Made by a program: the position numbers and the translations under genes. This document shows positions 45,922 to 55,341 of a stretch of DNA of 64,000 bases, piece by piece (position 1 is the first letter of the stretch; the number at the start of each line of letters is the position of its first letter). Below the pieces are notes generated by a model that worked only from the letters and a program-made list of their open reading frames with translations, did not search any database and was not told where the DNA came from. This stretch comes from an uncultured Gammaproteobacteria bacterium (GTDB lineage Bacteria; Patescibacteriota; Patescibacteriia; SG8-24): contig CAZBFO010000003.1 of NCBI GenBank assembly GCA_964491475.1, positions 136,766 to 200,765 of the forward strand, in the 5' to 3' direction.

Positions 45922-47577
45922 ATGGCTGCTGCCATCGACATCAGCGCGGTACCGTTGCCGCCGCCGTGGAAGGAGGCGCTCGTCCTGCTCGTCGGCCGCT
46001 GCATCGGCGACCCGGGCTCGTACGCAGACGCAGCCTCTGCCGCGGGCGCGATCATCTCGGCGCTGTTCGGCAAGGGCGCACCCGCCTTCGGGCAGGTGGC
46101 CCGCACCGGCGAGGCCGAGCTGAAGACCGCCTGCGGTCAGGCCGGTCTCGGCGCCGACGCCCTGCCGGTTGCCAAGCTGCGGGAGCTCGCGGAGCTGCTG
46201 CCGCTGGTCCGGCCGGAAACGCCGATCTGCGACGAATGCGGGAACTACCCGCTCTCGTGCGTCGGCGGCAAGGTCATGACGCTGGCGGCCGGCGCGAGCT
46301 GCCCGTTCTGCGTCGGCGGCAAGCTGGCCGTCGTGCCCATGCGCCTGCGCAAGCTGGCCTGGACCGACGGCCGCCTGGTCGAGCCGCAGGTCGCGCACGA
46401 CCTTCGCGCCTTTCCCGGCACGAGCATCCCGCTCGACGACGCCGAGATCGTCGCCTGGGTCGGCGGCATCATCAGCAAGCCGCTGGAGATCGCCCTGCGC
46501 GACGCCGGCGTGCCTCTGTACGGCTGGCTGGCGCACATGCACCTGAACGAGAAGGCGCTCCCGTCCTACGTGGAAGTCGCCGACATCCTGCAGGACATGC
46601 GTGCCGCGGGACTCGATGGCGACGCGGCACTTCGCCGCAGCGTAGCCGAGGCGGGGGAGTTCCTTGCATCCAAGGAAGTCACCAACCTGCCCAGGCGGAC
46701 GCGGTTGCCGTTCATCAACGGCGACATCGACGCGCTGCCGCGCCTGACCGTCGCCGGACGCACCTACGTCCTCGAAGGCAAGGTCGGCAGCGGAGACGCG
46801 TCCGACGTCTATCGCGGCGCGTGGGACAGTCCCAACACCGAACGGGTCGTCATCAAGGTGAGCCGCGGCGGGAAGGACGGCCAGGACGGCAAGGACGAGG
46901 CCAAGCGCCTGGCGCGCGAGGTCTCCGTGCTCTCCACGCTGGCTAACAGCAAGGAGAACGGCGCGGCGTTCATGTCGCGCCTGCTCCCGGAAGTCGTCGC
47001 CGCGGGCTCGGTGCCCGGCAGCGACGGCGCGCTCAAGGCCGTCACGGTGTTCCGGTACAAGAACGGCTTCGACTGGACGCTGGCAGACGCCATCGCGGAG
47101 TATCCCGAAGGCGTCGAGCCACAGACCATGGTCTGGATGATGAACCGCTGCCTGCTGCTGCTTCGGTGGCTGCAGATGAACCAGACGGTGCACGGCGCGC
47201 TCTCACCGGAGCACGTCCTCATCCATCCCGGCTATCACGCGGCCACCTTCGTCGACTGGACCCATGCGGTCCGCGTCGGCGGACGGAAAGCAGCGCTCAT
47301 CGACGGTCAGCCGGCGACGTTCGACACGGACGTGGCCGCGCTGTGCCGCTGCATGATCGCCGTGCTCGGGGGCGACCCTGCGAGCGGCGACATGCCGGCC
47401 GCGGTGCCGCAGGTCATCGCCGAGTTCCTGCGTTTGCACGCACGTTGCGAAGCCGGTGACGGTTCACGGCGCTTCGTCGATGCCGAAGATCTCGAAAAGG
47501 AATTCGGCAAGGCCGCGACTGCGGCTTACGGCAAGCGCCGCTTTCATCCTTTCTTCTTGCCCCGGCCGAAACGGTGA
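45922..47577 (+). CDS. Zn-ribbon plus protein-kinase-like (probable pseudokinase) protein
   Basis: Strong RBS aaggaggaaacATG. N-terminal CDECGNYPLSC ... CPFCVGGK (CxxC-x25-CxxC). Kinase-like region: Gly-loop GKVGSGDASDVY, VVIKV Lys, and catalytic loop HGALSPEHVLI, where the catalytic Asp of HRD is Ala and the N is His. The DFG position reads FVDWTHA. Confidence 0.6.
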   Translation: MAAAIDISAVPLPPPWKEALVLLVGRCIGDPGSYADAASAAGAIISALFGKGAPAFGQVARTGEAELKTACGQAGLGADALPVAKLRELAELLPLVRPETPICDECGNYPLSCVGGKVMTLAAGASCPFCVGGKLAVVPMRLRKLAWTDGRLVEPQVAHDLRAFPGTSIPLDDAEIVAWVGGIISKPLEIALRDAGVPLYGWLAHMHLNEKALPSYVEVADILQDMRAAGLDGDAALRRSVAEAGEFLASKEVTNLPRRTRLPFINGDIDALPRLTVAGRTYVLEGKVGSGDASDVYRGAWDSPNTERVVIKVSRGGKDGQDGKDEAKRLAREVSVLSTLANSKENGAAFMSRLLPEVVAAGSVPGSDGALKAVTVFRYKNGFDWTLADAIAEYPEGVEPQTMVWMMNRCLLLLRWLQMNQTVHGALSPEHVLIHPGYHAATFVDWTHAVRVGGRKAALIDGQPATFDTDVAALCRCMIAVLGGDPASGDMPAAVPQVIAEFLRLHARCEAGDGSRRFVDAEDLEKEFGKAATAAYGKRRFHPFFLPRPKR

Positions 47578-47641
47578 ACCGTGAGGCCGTGGCGAAGGTT
47601 CGTTCCTTTGATAAGCAACCACACAGTTCCGGAGGTACGTC

Positions 47642-48646
47642 ATGGGCGGAGGATTGTATGACAGGGCGGCGCACGACGCCATCACCACCACGCGTGCGGA
47701 GCTGCCGCGCGAACAGGTGTTCCGTGCCAGCGAGATGAACCCGCTGATGGACCCGAAAGGCGTGAAGTACCGGGAGAGCTGCGACAGCGCGGCGCACCCC
47801 AACTCCAACGCCATCATCTTCGTGGTCGACGAGACCGGCTCGATGCAGCGCATTCCCGAGTACCTGGCCAAGACCGGCCTGCCGCCGCTCATGGGCATGC
47901 TGTACGACGCCAAGCTCATCGAGGACCCGCAGCTGATGCTGGCTGCCGTCGGCGACGCGATTCACGGCAACGGCTGCGAACGCTCGCCGCTGCAGGTCGG
48001 GCAGTTCGAGTCCGAAGCGGCGCTGATGGACAAGTGGCTCACGGCCATCCACCTGGAAGGCATCGGCGGCGGCAACGGAGGCGAGTCGTACGACCTGGCC
48101 CTGTACTTCGCAGCGCGCCACACCAAGATCGACTGCTACGAGAAGCGCGGCAAGAAGGGCTACCTCTTCATCTCCGGCGACGAGCCGCACCTGCGGCAGG
48201 TCGACAGGGAAGCGGTGCTCCGGCGAATCGGCGACGATCTCCCCGCGAACATCCCGATCGCCGACATCGTCGCCGAAGCCTCGGAGAAGTATCACTGCTT
48301 CTTCCTGGTTCCCGACAAGCGGCGCGCCGGGCAGTGCGAACGCTACTGGCGCGACGTGCTCGGCGACAACGTCGTCGTGCAGGACACCGAGGTCGACACG
48401 GCCGCCGTGACGGCGGTGCTCGTCGGACTGACCGAAGGCACCATCGCCTCGGTCAACGACGTCGAGGACGTGCTCGTCGGACTGGGCTGCGACGCGGCCC
48501 AGGCAAACCGCGTACGCGGGACCGTCGAGGCGTACGCGGCGGCCATCGGCCGCGGCGGGCAGTCGCGGCCGGTGCAGGGAACGGAGCAGCCGGACGCGTC
48601 CGATCCCAAGTCCAAAGGCAAGGGCAAGAAGCGCGGTCGGGTCTGA
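47642..48646 (+). CDS. von Willebrand factor A (vWA/MIDAS) domain protein, paralogous module to 35530..36558
   Basis: RBS ggaggtacgtcATG, 64 nt after the kinase-like gene with no terminator. MIDAS IIFVVDETGSMQ (DxTGS), GGGNGGESYDLAL, and FISGDEPH. A terminator follows at 48692..48722. Confidence 0.65.
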   Translation: MGGGLYDRAAHDAITTTRAELPREQVFRASEMNPLMDPKGVKYRESCDSAAHPNSNAIIFVVDETGSMQRIPEYLAKTGLPPLMGMLYDAKLIEDPQLMLAAVGDAIHGNGCERSPLQVGQFESEAALMDKWLTAIHLEGIGGGNGGESYDLALYFAARHTKIDCYEKRGKKGYLFISGDEPHLRQVDREAVLRRIGDDLPANIPIADIVAEASEKYHCFFLVPDKRRAGQCERYWRDVLGDNVVVQDTEVDTAAVTAVLVGLTEGTIASVNDVEDVLVGLGCDAAQANRVRGTVEAYAAAIGRGGQSRPVQGTEQPDASDPKSKGKGKKRGRV

Positions 48647-48691
48647 CGGTCGTTGACCGTTTGACCTGACGCTTCCGAAAGGTTACGGTAC

Positions 48692-48722
48692 GGGGTCCTG
48701 CGGTGCAGGGCCCCTTTTTCTT
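48692..48722 (+). terminator. rho-independent terminator (ggggtcctgc ggt gcagggcccc + tttttcttcc)
   Basis: 10-bp stem with one G.U pair and a T-run. It sits between the vWA and the PurA-like gene. Confidence 0.6.
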
Positions 48723-48749
48723 CCCGAAAAAGGAAAGGAGTTCTTTGTC

Positions 48750-50162
48750 ATGACAGGCAAGACCAAGAAGGCATTCATCGTCGTCGACCTCGGTTATGGC
48801 GACGCCGGCAAGGGCACCATGACCGACTGGCTGGCGCGCACCGAGCAGGTGCACGCGGTCATCCGCTTCAACGGCGGCTCGCAGGCCGCCCACAACGTGG
48901 TCACGCCGGACGGCCGGCACCACACCTTCTCGCAATTCGGTGCGGCCACTTTTGTTCCGGGCGTGCGCACGCACCTGTCGCAGTTCATGATCGTCAATCC
49001 GCTGGCGATGGTGCGCGAAGCGGCGGTGCTGGCAGGCAAGGGAGTTCCCGACGCCTTCGCCAGAACCACGATTCACGCGCGGGCACTGGTGACCACGCCG
49101 TTCCACGTCGCCGCCAACCGGCTCAAGGAAATCGGCCGGGGAGCGGCGAGGCACGGCAGCTGCGGCGGCGGCATCAGCGAGACTGCGGCGGACGCGCTGA
49201 CGCTCGGCGAATCGGTCGTCCGCGTGGGCGACCTGCGCGATCGCGACGCGCTGTCGCGCAAGCTCGCCTTCGTGCAACGCCACAAGCGCGGGCAGCTCGA
49301 CGCGCTCATCAGGACGTGCGCAGGCGAACCGCAGGCGCAGGCCGAGATTGCGGTGCTCGAAAGCGCCGACGTCATCGATGCTTACTGCCGGCAGATCGAG
49401 GCGTTCCTGGCACAGGCCGACATCGTGGCCGGAAACGGGCATTTGAAGGACCTCGCGGGCAGCGTCGTCTTCGAAGGCGCGCAGGGCGTGCTGCTCGACG
49501 AGTGGCACGGGTTCCATCCGTACACCACTTGGAGCACCTGCACGTTCGCCAACGCGCTTGAAATCAGCCGCGAGTGCGGAGACGCGCTCGGCGAAATCGT
49601 GCGCGTCGGCGTGACGCGAGGCTACGCCACGCGGCACGGCGCCGGCCCGTTCGTCACCGAAGACGCCGATCTGACCAAGAAGATTCCCGACCGCCACAAC
49701 GTCATGGACGACTGGCAGCAGGGATTCCGCGTCGGCTGGTTCGACGCGGTGGCGACGCGTTACGCGATCGCGGCTTGTCAGGGCATCGACACGTTGGCGG
49801 TGACCTGCATGGACCGCCTGCTCGAAGTCGGCCCCGAATGGCAGATGTGCGACGCTTACGCGCTCAAAGCGGCATCGCCCTCCGAGAAGCGCATGGTCAG
49901 AAAGTTGTTCGAGGAAGACAGCGCGGCGGAGCGCCATAGCCACATCAAGTCAGGCGCGGAGCGTGACCTTTCGCTTCAGGAGGAGCTGACCAAGCTGCTG
50001 CGGCTGGCGAGGCCGGAGTACGTCACGTTCCGCCCCACGGACAGGGCCGGCGTGCGGCGTGCGGTCAGCGACTATCTGGAGCTGATCGGCGACGGCCTCG
50101 GAATCATGCCGAGCTACGCCTCGTTCGGGCCTTCGGCCACGGACAAGAAGGTACTGAAGTAG
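48750..50162 (+). CDS. adenylosuccinate synthetase (PurA) family paralog, divergent
   Basis: RBS aaaggaaaggag. VVDLGYGDAGKGTMTDWL matches the PurA N-terminal GDEGKGK P-loop. IRFNGGSQAAHNVV matches the GGHNAGH region. FEGAQGVLLDEWHGFHPYTTWS matches FEGAQGxLLDIDHGTYPYVTSS. ATRHGAGPFVTE matches STRVGxGPFPTE. Where PurA has the GTTTGRxRRxGWLD loop, this protein reads WQQGFRVGWFD. Confidence 0.6.
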   Translation: MTGKTKKAFIVVDLGYGDAGKGTMTDWLARTEQVHAVIRFNGGSQAAHNVVTPDGRHHTFSQFGAATFVPGVRTHLSQFMIVNPLAMVREAAVLAGKGVPDAFARTTIHARALVTTPFHVAANRLKEIGRGAARHGSCGGGISETAADALTLGESVVRVGDLRDRDALSRKLAFVQRHKRGQLDALIRTCAGEPQAQAEIAVLESADVIDAYCRQIEAFLAQADIVAGNGHLKDLAGSVVFEGAQGVLLDEWHGFHPYTTWSTCTFANALEISRECGDALGEIVRVGVTRGYATRHGAGPFVTEDADLTKKIPDRHNVMDDWQQGFRVGWFDAVATRYAIAACQGIDTLAVTCMDRLLEVGPEWQMCDAYALKAASPSEKRMVRKLFEEDSAAERHSHIKSGAERDLSLQEELTKLLRLARPEYVTFRPTDRAGVRRAVSDYLELIGDGLGIMPSYASFGPSATDKKVLK

Positions 50163-50322
50163 ATGCGAGGGCGGCTTCGGCCGTCCTTTTTTCTTTGCAT
50201 GAAAACTGCTCGACGAAGATCGATCCGGAAAGCGTAAGCGGTTCAATTGAGGTCCTCGTCCTCCTCGCTCGGCACGGCATGAACCCCTTTACCCGGGCAC
50301 GTTCGGATGCTACCTTGCGCCC

Positions 50323-52116
50323 ATGAGCACGCTGCTTCAGGTCAACGACGTCACCAAGCGCTACGGCCCGCACGTGGTTCTCGACCACGCGCGCATTTCG
50401 TTTGCCGACGGGCAGAAAGTGGGCGTCATCGGACGCAACGGCGCCGGCAAATCCACGCTGGTTCGCATCATCGTGGGCGACGACGAGGCCGACGAAGGCG
50501 GCGTCACGCGGCACTCCTCCCTGCGATTGGGGTACCTTGAACAGCACGCGCCGTACCGCGAAGAAGAGACGGCCATGGCCTTCCTGACGCGTTACGCCGC
50601 AGTCGAGACTTGGCGGGCCGCCAAAGCCGCCAGCCGATTCGAGATGAAAGGCGAGATGCTCGAGCGTCGCATCTCCGAGCTGTCCGAAGGCTATCGCATG
50701 CGCGTGCGCCTGACCGGCATGCTGCTGCGTGAGCCGAACTTTTTGGTGCTCGACGAGCCCACCAACTATCTCGACCTCCGCACCCAGATGCTGCTCGAGG
50801 AATTCCTGCGCACCTTTCGCGGCGGGTTCCTGGTCGTCTCGCACGACCGCGAGTTCCTCAAGAACACCTGCCTCGAGACGCTGGAGGTGGATCGCGGCCG
50901 GCTGTTCCTGTATCCGCAGGGCATCGAGGCGTACTTGGCGTACAAGGAACAGCGCGCCGGGGAAATCGAACGCGAGAACAAAAAGATCGACGCGCGCCGC
51001 CGCCACCTGCAGGAGTTCGTGGACCGCTTCCGCTACAAGGCCAAAAAGGCCTCGCAGGCGCAGTCCAAGCTGAAGCAGATCGCGCGGCTCCGAAACATCG
51101 AGATCGAGCACCCGATGGCTACCGCGCGCATCGTCATTCCCGCGCCGAAGATCAAGAAGGGGATCGCCGTGCATTGCGAGAACCTTGCCATCGGCTATCC
51201 GGGCAAGACCGTGGCCGACGGCATCTCGATCGACTTGGAGCGCACGCGGCACATCGCCGTGCTCGGCGACAACGGGCAGGGAAAGACCACTTTTTTGCGC
51301 ACGCTTGCGGGTCTGCTCGAACCGCAGGGCGGTTCTTACCGCTGGGGCGCCGATTTGCAGGTGGCCTACTACGGTGAAAGCGTCTTTCGCTCGATGGAGC
51401 AGCACGACAAAGTCGGCCCGTACCTGATGCGCAAGGCCGCGTCGGGCGTGACCACCGAAGAAGTGCATCAGATGGCCGGCAACTTCCTGTTCAGCGACGA
51501 CGACATGGAGAAGACCGTCGCCACGCTTTCCGGCGGCGAGCGCAGCCGCCTGTGCCTGGCCGGACTGCTGCTGACCGGCAGCACCGTCTTCCTGCTCGAC
51601 GAGCCCACCAACCATCTCGACTTCGAGACGGTCGAAGCGCTGGGCATGGCGCTCGCGGACTATCCCGGCACCATCGTCTTCGTCAGCCACAACCGCACTT
51701 TCGTGAACCTGATCGCCACGGCCATCATCGAGGTGCAGGACGGCCGCGTACGCGCCTTCTCCGGCACGTACGAGGAGTACGTCTACATGATCGAGGAGCA
51801 CATTCACGAGACGCAGCCCGCCGCCGCGCCGAAAGCGGTCGCCGCCGCGACCAAACCCGTCGAACCGGAAAAGCCGACGGCCCGCGAGATCCACGAGGAG
51901 ATCAAGGAGCAGAAAAAGAAGATGCGCAAGATCGAGGAACGCGTGGCAGGTCACGAATCGGAACGTGAGACCATCTTGGCCAAGATGGCGATGAATCCCA
52001 CGGTCTTCTCGCCCTCGCTCAACCAGCGCCTGCACGAGATCGGCCAGCTCATCGCAAGGGACGAAGAGGAGTGGTTCAACGCGCGGCAGGCCATCGAGTG
52101 GTTGGAGAAGGAGTGA
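50323..52116 (+). CDS. ABC-F family ATPase (tandem NBDs; EttA/Uup/YheS-like translation factor)
   Basis: Two ABC cassettes (Walker A GRNGAGKST and GDNGQGKTT, signatures LSEGYRMR and LSGGERSR) joined by a charged linker. No TMD; C-terminal coiled coil. Confidence 0.8.
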   Translation: MSTLLQVNDVTKRYGPHVVLDHARISFADGQKVGVIGRNGAGKSTLVRIIVGDDEADEGGVTRHSSLRLGYLEQHAPYREEETAMAFLTRYAAVETWRAAKAASRFEMKGEMLERRISELSEGYRMRVRLTGMLLREPNFLVLDEPTNYLDLRTQMLLEEFLRTFRGGFLVVSHDREFLKNTCLETLEVDRGRLFLYPQGIEAYLAYKEQRAGEIERENKKIDARRRHLQEFVDRFRYKAKKASQAQSKLKQIARLRNIEIEHPMATARIVIPAPKIKKGIAVHCENLAIGYPGKTVADGISIDLERTRHIAVLGDNGQGKTTFLRTLAGLLEPQGGSYRWGADLQVAYYGESVFRSMEQHDKVGPYLMRKAASGVTTEEVHQMAGNFLFSDDDMEKTVATLSGGERSRLCLAGLLLTGSTVFLLDEPTNHLDFETVEALGMALADYPGTIVFVSHNRTFVNLIATAIIEVQDGRVRAFSGTYEEYVYMIEEHIHETQPAAAPKAVAAATKPVEPEKPTAREIHEEIKEQKKKMRKIEERVAGHESERETILAKMAMNPTVFSPSLNQRLHEIGQLIARDEEEWFNARQAIEWLEKE

Positions 52117-52139
52117 GTCGCGTGGTATCATGGTCGCGT

Positions 52140-53036
52140 ATGCAGCCATTCGGCGTGGCGATCATCGGAGTGGGAAGCATCGGCAAGGCGCTGGCGTTCT
52201 CGCTGACAAAGCGCGAGGACGTCACTTTGCGTCTGTGGGACAAGGATCCCCTGCGCGTGCCGAGGCAGGCATCTTTGGAAAACACCGTGTCCGGCGCCGA
52301 CGCGGTCTTCCTGTGCGTGCCCTCCTGGATAGCCGCATTCGCGCTTCGCGACATCGCCCCGTTCCTTTCGCCCGACACCGTCGTGGTGACGCTCACTAAG
52401 GGCGTGGAGCCGGAACAGGCGCGCTTCGTGCCCGAGGTGCTGGACGCGACGCTGCCTGCGGGGCAGCCGTGGGTGCTCTTGGGCGGTCCGATGCTCGCCG
52501 CGGAAATCGTCGAGGGACAGCCGTCGGTGGGCGTCGCGGCATCGCCGCGCCGAGACGCGGCGCAAAAAATCGCGGCGCTTTTCGCCGGCACCGGCATCAG
52601 CATCGAGGCGTCCGAAGACGTCATCGGCGTCGCGTTGCTGGGGGTGCTCAAGAACGTCTTTGCGATCGGGTTGGGCATCGCCGAGGCTCTGGAGTGGGAG
52701 GGAAACGCCTGCGGCTGGTACGTGTCCCAGGCGCTGCGCGAATGCGCCGCCGTCGTCGGACGGGCGGGCGGCTCGGTCGACACGGTCCTCGGCTCCGCCG
52801 GCGCCGGCGACCTCGTGGCCACCGGCTTCAGCCGGCACTCGCGCAACCGCACTTACGGGCGCGCCCTGGTGAAGGGCGGCATCTGCCCGACGGACAGCGA
52901 AGGCTGCGCGTCGCTCCCGCATCTGCTCAAGCGCCTGGGACCGTCGGCGGAAGCGCACCTGCTGCTCAAGTCCCTCGCGGCCATCATCATCGAAAAGAAA
53001 GACGCTCGCGCGGTGTTCGGCGCGTTGCTTACCTGA
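52140..53036 (+). CDS. gpsA: NAD(P)H-dependent glycerol-3-phosphate dehydrogenase
   Basis: N-terminal Rossmann GVAIIGVGSIGKALA, LTKGVE, and a C-terminal GpsA helical domain with LKNVFAIGLGI. The first ATG after the ABC-F stop. Confidence 0.75.
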   Translation: MQPFGVAIIGVGSIGKALAFSLTKREDVTLRLWDKDPLRVPRQASLENTVSGADAVFLCVPSWIAAFALRDIAPFLSPDTVVVTLTKGVEPEQARFVPEVLDATLPAGQPWVLLGGPMLAAEIVEGQPSVGVAASPRRDAAQKIAALFAGTGISIEASEDVIGVALLGVLKNVFAIGLGIAEALEWEGNACGWYVSQALRECAAVVGRAGGSVDTVLGSAGAGDLVATGFSRHSRNRTYGRALVKGGICPTDSEGCASLPHLLKRLGPSAEAHLLLKSLAAIIIEKKDARAVFGALLT

Positions 53037-53041
53037 CCGTT

Positions 53042-53335
53042 ATGATCCTGACTTTCAAGGCGGACATCTGGATATATCCCGGCATGGCCGGTTGGCATTT
53101 CGTTACGCTCGACAAGAAGGCATCCGCCAAAGTGCGGAAGAGCCAGGATGGGAAGAAGCGGAACGGTTGGGGCTCCGTCCCCGTGACCGTCACCTTGGGC
53201 AAGAGCAAGTGGTGCACCTCCATTTTTCCCGACAAGTCCGGCACCTACCTGCTGCCGCTTAAGGCGGCTGTACGGAAAAAGGAAGGCGTGGGACGAGGCG
53301 ATACGGTGCGTATAGCCTGCGAAATTGCAGATTGA
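53042..53335 (+). CDS. DUF1905-family small protein
   Basis: 97 aa; MILTFKADIWIYPGMAGWHFVTLDKK ... GRGDTVRIACEI matches the DUF1905 beta-barrel family. The ORF-track N-terminal extension is non-coding. Confidence 0.6.
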   Translation: MILTFKADIWIYPGMAGWHFVTLDKKASAKVRKSQDGKKRNGWGSVPVTVTLGKSKWCTSIFPDKSGTYLLPLKAAVRKKEGVGRGDTVRIACEIAD

Positions 53336-53448
53336 TGAGGCCCGCTCCCGGCGGGCCTTTTGCCATGCGCGGCGTTGACTTTTGGCAGTTCTTTTAGTAG
53401 TTTTGCGGCGTCCTCCCAATGGACGAACGTCGCGTAAAGGAGTTCGAA

Positions 53449-55218
53449 ATGCAGTTCATTTTTATCGCGCTTGTCGTGGCAGTTCTGGGCACGAGCCCCC
53501 TGCTCATAGCCCGGAAACGGAGCTATCTCGGCATGTATCCGGTTGTTGCTCTCGTGGGTACGCTGGTGCTTTCCGGCATCTTTTACCTCGCGCCGCCAGA
53601 CCTAGTGAACCCGTTTTGGGGCGGTGCGGCCATCGCGGCCCTGTCGCTCTCCGTCTTGACCGCCTTTCTCGTCATCGCGAGCGACCGGTCAGATGACGGC
53701 GGTGTGCGCAGGCGCAGGCTCACGGCCGGCGCAGGGCAACCGGCTGCCAGGCGTCACGGCCTGCTCATCCTGGTGCCCGTGCTGATCGTGCTCTGTCTCG
53801 TCGGCCGTTGGGTCGGCAGCTGGGCCATGTTCCGCGCGGGAGATTATGCCGCCATGCTCGGCCAGGTGCAGTCGCGGGTTTGGACGCAGGACGTCCAGCC
53901 CAAGGATCCGAACCACGTCCGCAAGGTGCCGGAGGCGTACGCGTCCTGGGTCGCCAACAAGCAGCTCGGCGCCGCGGACAGCGCCCTCGGCAGCCAGTTC
54001 GAACTGGATTCGGCGCACATGACCATCCAGATGGTCCGCGGCGAAATCTGGTTCATCGTGCCTCTCAAGTTCAAGGACTGGGGTACCTGGCGAGCCAGGC
54101 CGACGGCACCGGGATTCATCATGGTCAGCGCGGAGGATCCGAACCGCGATCCGGTGTCGGTGCTCGACCGGCAGTACGCCTACATGCCCAGCGCCTACTT
54201 CGGGAACTCCCTGTCGCGTCACTTGTGGACGCACGGCTTTTCCGACAAGGAGCTGTCCGACTTCACCTTCGAGGTGGACGAGGACAACAACGGCTGGTGG
54301 GTGGTGACCGTGACGCATCCGACCATCGGTTGGAGCGGCGATGAGGTGGAGGGCGTCGTCATCGTCAACCCGACGGACGGCAGCTTCCGCTTCTACGGCC
54401 TGAACGAGGTTCCCAAGTGGGTCGATCGCGTGATGCCGTCGGAGCTGCTGGGGTCGTACATGGCCTGGCACGGCAAGTATGCCGGCGGCTGGCTGAACAG
54501 CTGGTTCAGCGAGGTCAACCTGACCCAGCCGGAGGACATCACCTTCGTGCACGGGTCGGACAACGAACCGTACTTCGTGGCCGACATCACCTCGACCAAT
54601 GCCAAGGACGAGGCGCTGCTGGGGCTGATGTACGTCAGCGCCCGCAGCGGCAAGGCCACCTACTACAAGGCCAAGGGCGTCACTTCGCACGCGGCTTTGC
54701 AGGCGGTCGATGCCAAGGTGGCCTACCGCAAGTGGCAGGGCCAGACGCCGGTGCTGTACAACATGTACGGGACCATGGCTGACATCGTGCCGCTGATTGC
54801 CGCCAACTCCACCTATCAGGGCGTGGCCATCGTCAACATCGCCAAGCCGCAGGACGTGGCAGTCGGCGCCGACATGGCCGAAGCGCTGCGCGAGTACCAG
54901 AAGCTGCTCACGGCCGGGACCGATCCCGCGCCGGAGCTGGCCAAGAAGACGCGCAGCGTCAGCGGGACGGTGGTGCGCTTCTCGCGCGAGAGCGGCGGGC
55001 AGGGCACTTCGTATTACCTGCTGCTCAAGGACGGCAGGACCATCTTTACCGCAGGCGGCGAGCTTTCCCCCAAGCTGCCGCTGACGCGGGAAGGGGACAC
55101 CGTCACGCTCACCTACGTCGATTCCGGAGAAGCGGTCGAGCCGCTGCTGGCCTTCGACAACGCCTCGATCCAGCTCGAGGGGACTCCGGCGCGCCGGACG
55201 CAGACCGACAAGCGGTAA
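53449..55218 (+). CDS. membrane-anchored hypothetical protein (N-terminal TM helices, large extracytoplasmic domain)
   Basis: RBS aaaggagttcgaaATG. Three or four N-terminal TM helices are followed by about 480 aa of soluble Trp/Tyr-rich domain. Confidence 0.55.
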   Translation: MQFIFIALVVAVLGTSPLLIARKRSYLGMYPVVALVGTLVLSGIFYLAPPDLVNPFWGGAAIAALSLSVLTAFLVIASDRSDDGGVRRRRLTAGAGQPAARRHGLLILVPVLIVLCLVGRWVGSWAMFRAGDYAAMLGQVQSRVWTQDVQPKDPNHVRKVPEAYASWVANKQLGAADSALGSQFELDSAHMTIQMVRGEIWFIVPLKFKDWGTWRARPTAPGFIMVSAEDPNRDPVSVLDRQYAYMPSAYFGNSLSRHLWTHGFSDKELSDFTFEVDEDNNGWWVVTVTHPTIGWSGDEVEGVVIVNPTDGSFRFYGLNEVPKWVDRVMPSELLGSYMAWHGKYAGGWLNSWFSEVNLTQPEDITFVHGSDNEPYFVADITSTNAKDEALLGLMYVSARSGKATYYKAKGVTSHAALQAVDAKVAYRKWQGQTPVLYNMYGTMADIVPLIAANSTYQGVAIVNIAKPQDVAVGADMAEALREYQKLLTAGTDPAPELAKKTRSVSGTVVRFSRESGGQGTSYYLLLKDGRTIFTAGGELSPKLPLTREGDTVTLTYVDSGEAVEPLLAFDNASIQLEGTPARRTQTDKR

Positions 55219-55341
55219 TCGGACGCCGCGCCTTCACGCGACCTGCCACGTTCGGCAGGTCTTTTTCTTTCCGGCGGCGATTGACCGTATCGTCCGGCCG
55301 TGGTACGGTCCGGCGTCGGTCTTTCAAAGAAAGGAAACGAC

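Noticed and set aside
50104-52149. 681-aa minus-strand ORF opposite the ABC-F gene
   Set aside because: Antisense shadow. The ABC-F tandem Walker A/B and signature motifs are on the plus strand.
53689-54690. 333-aa minus-strand ORF opposite the membrane protein gene
   Set aside because: Shadow ORF with no RBS and low-complexity composition.
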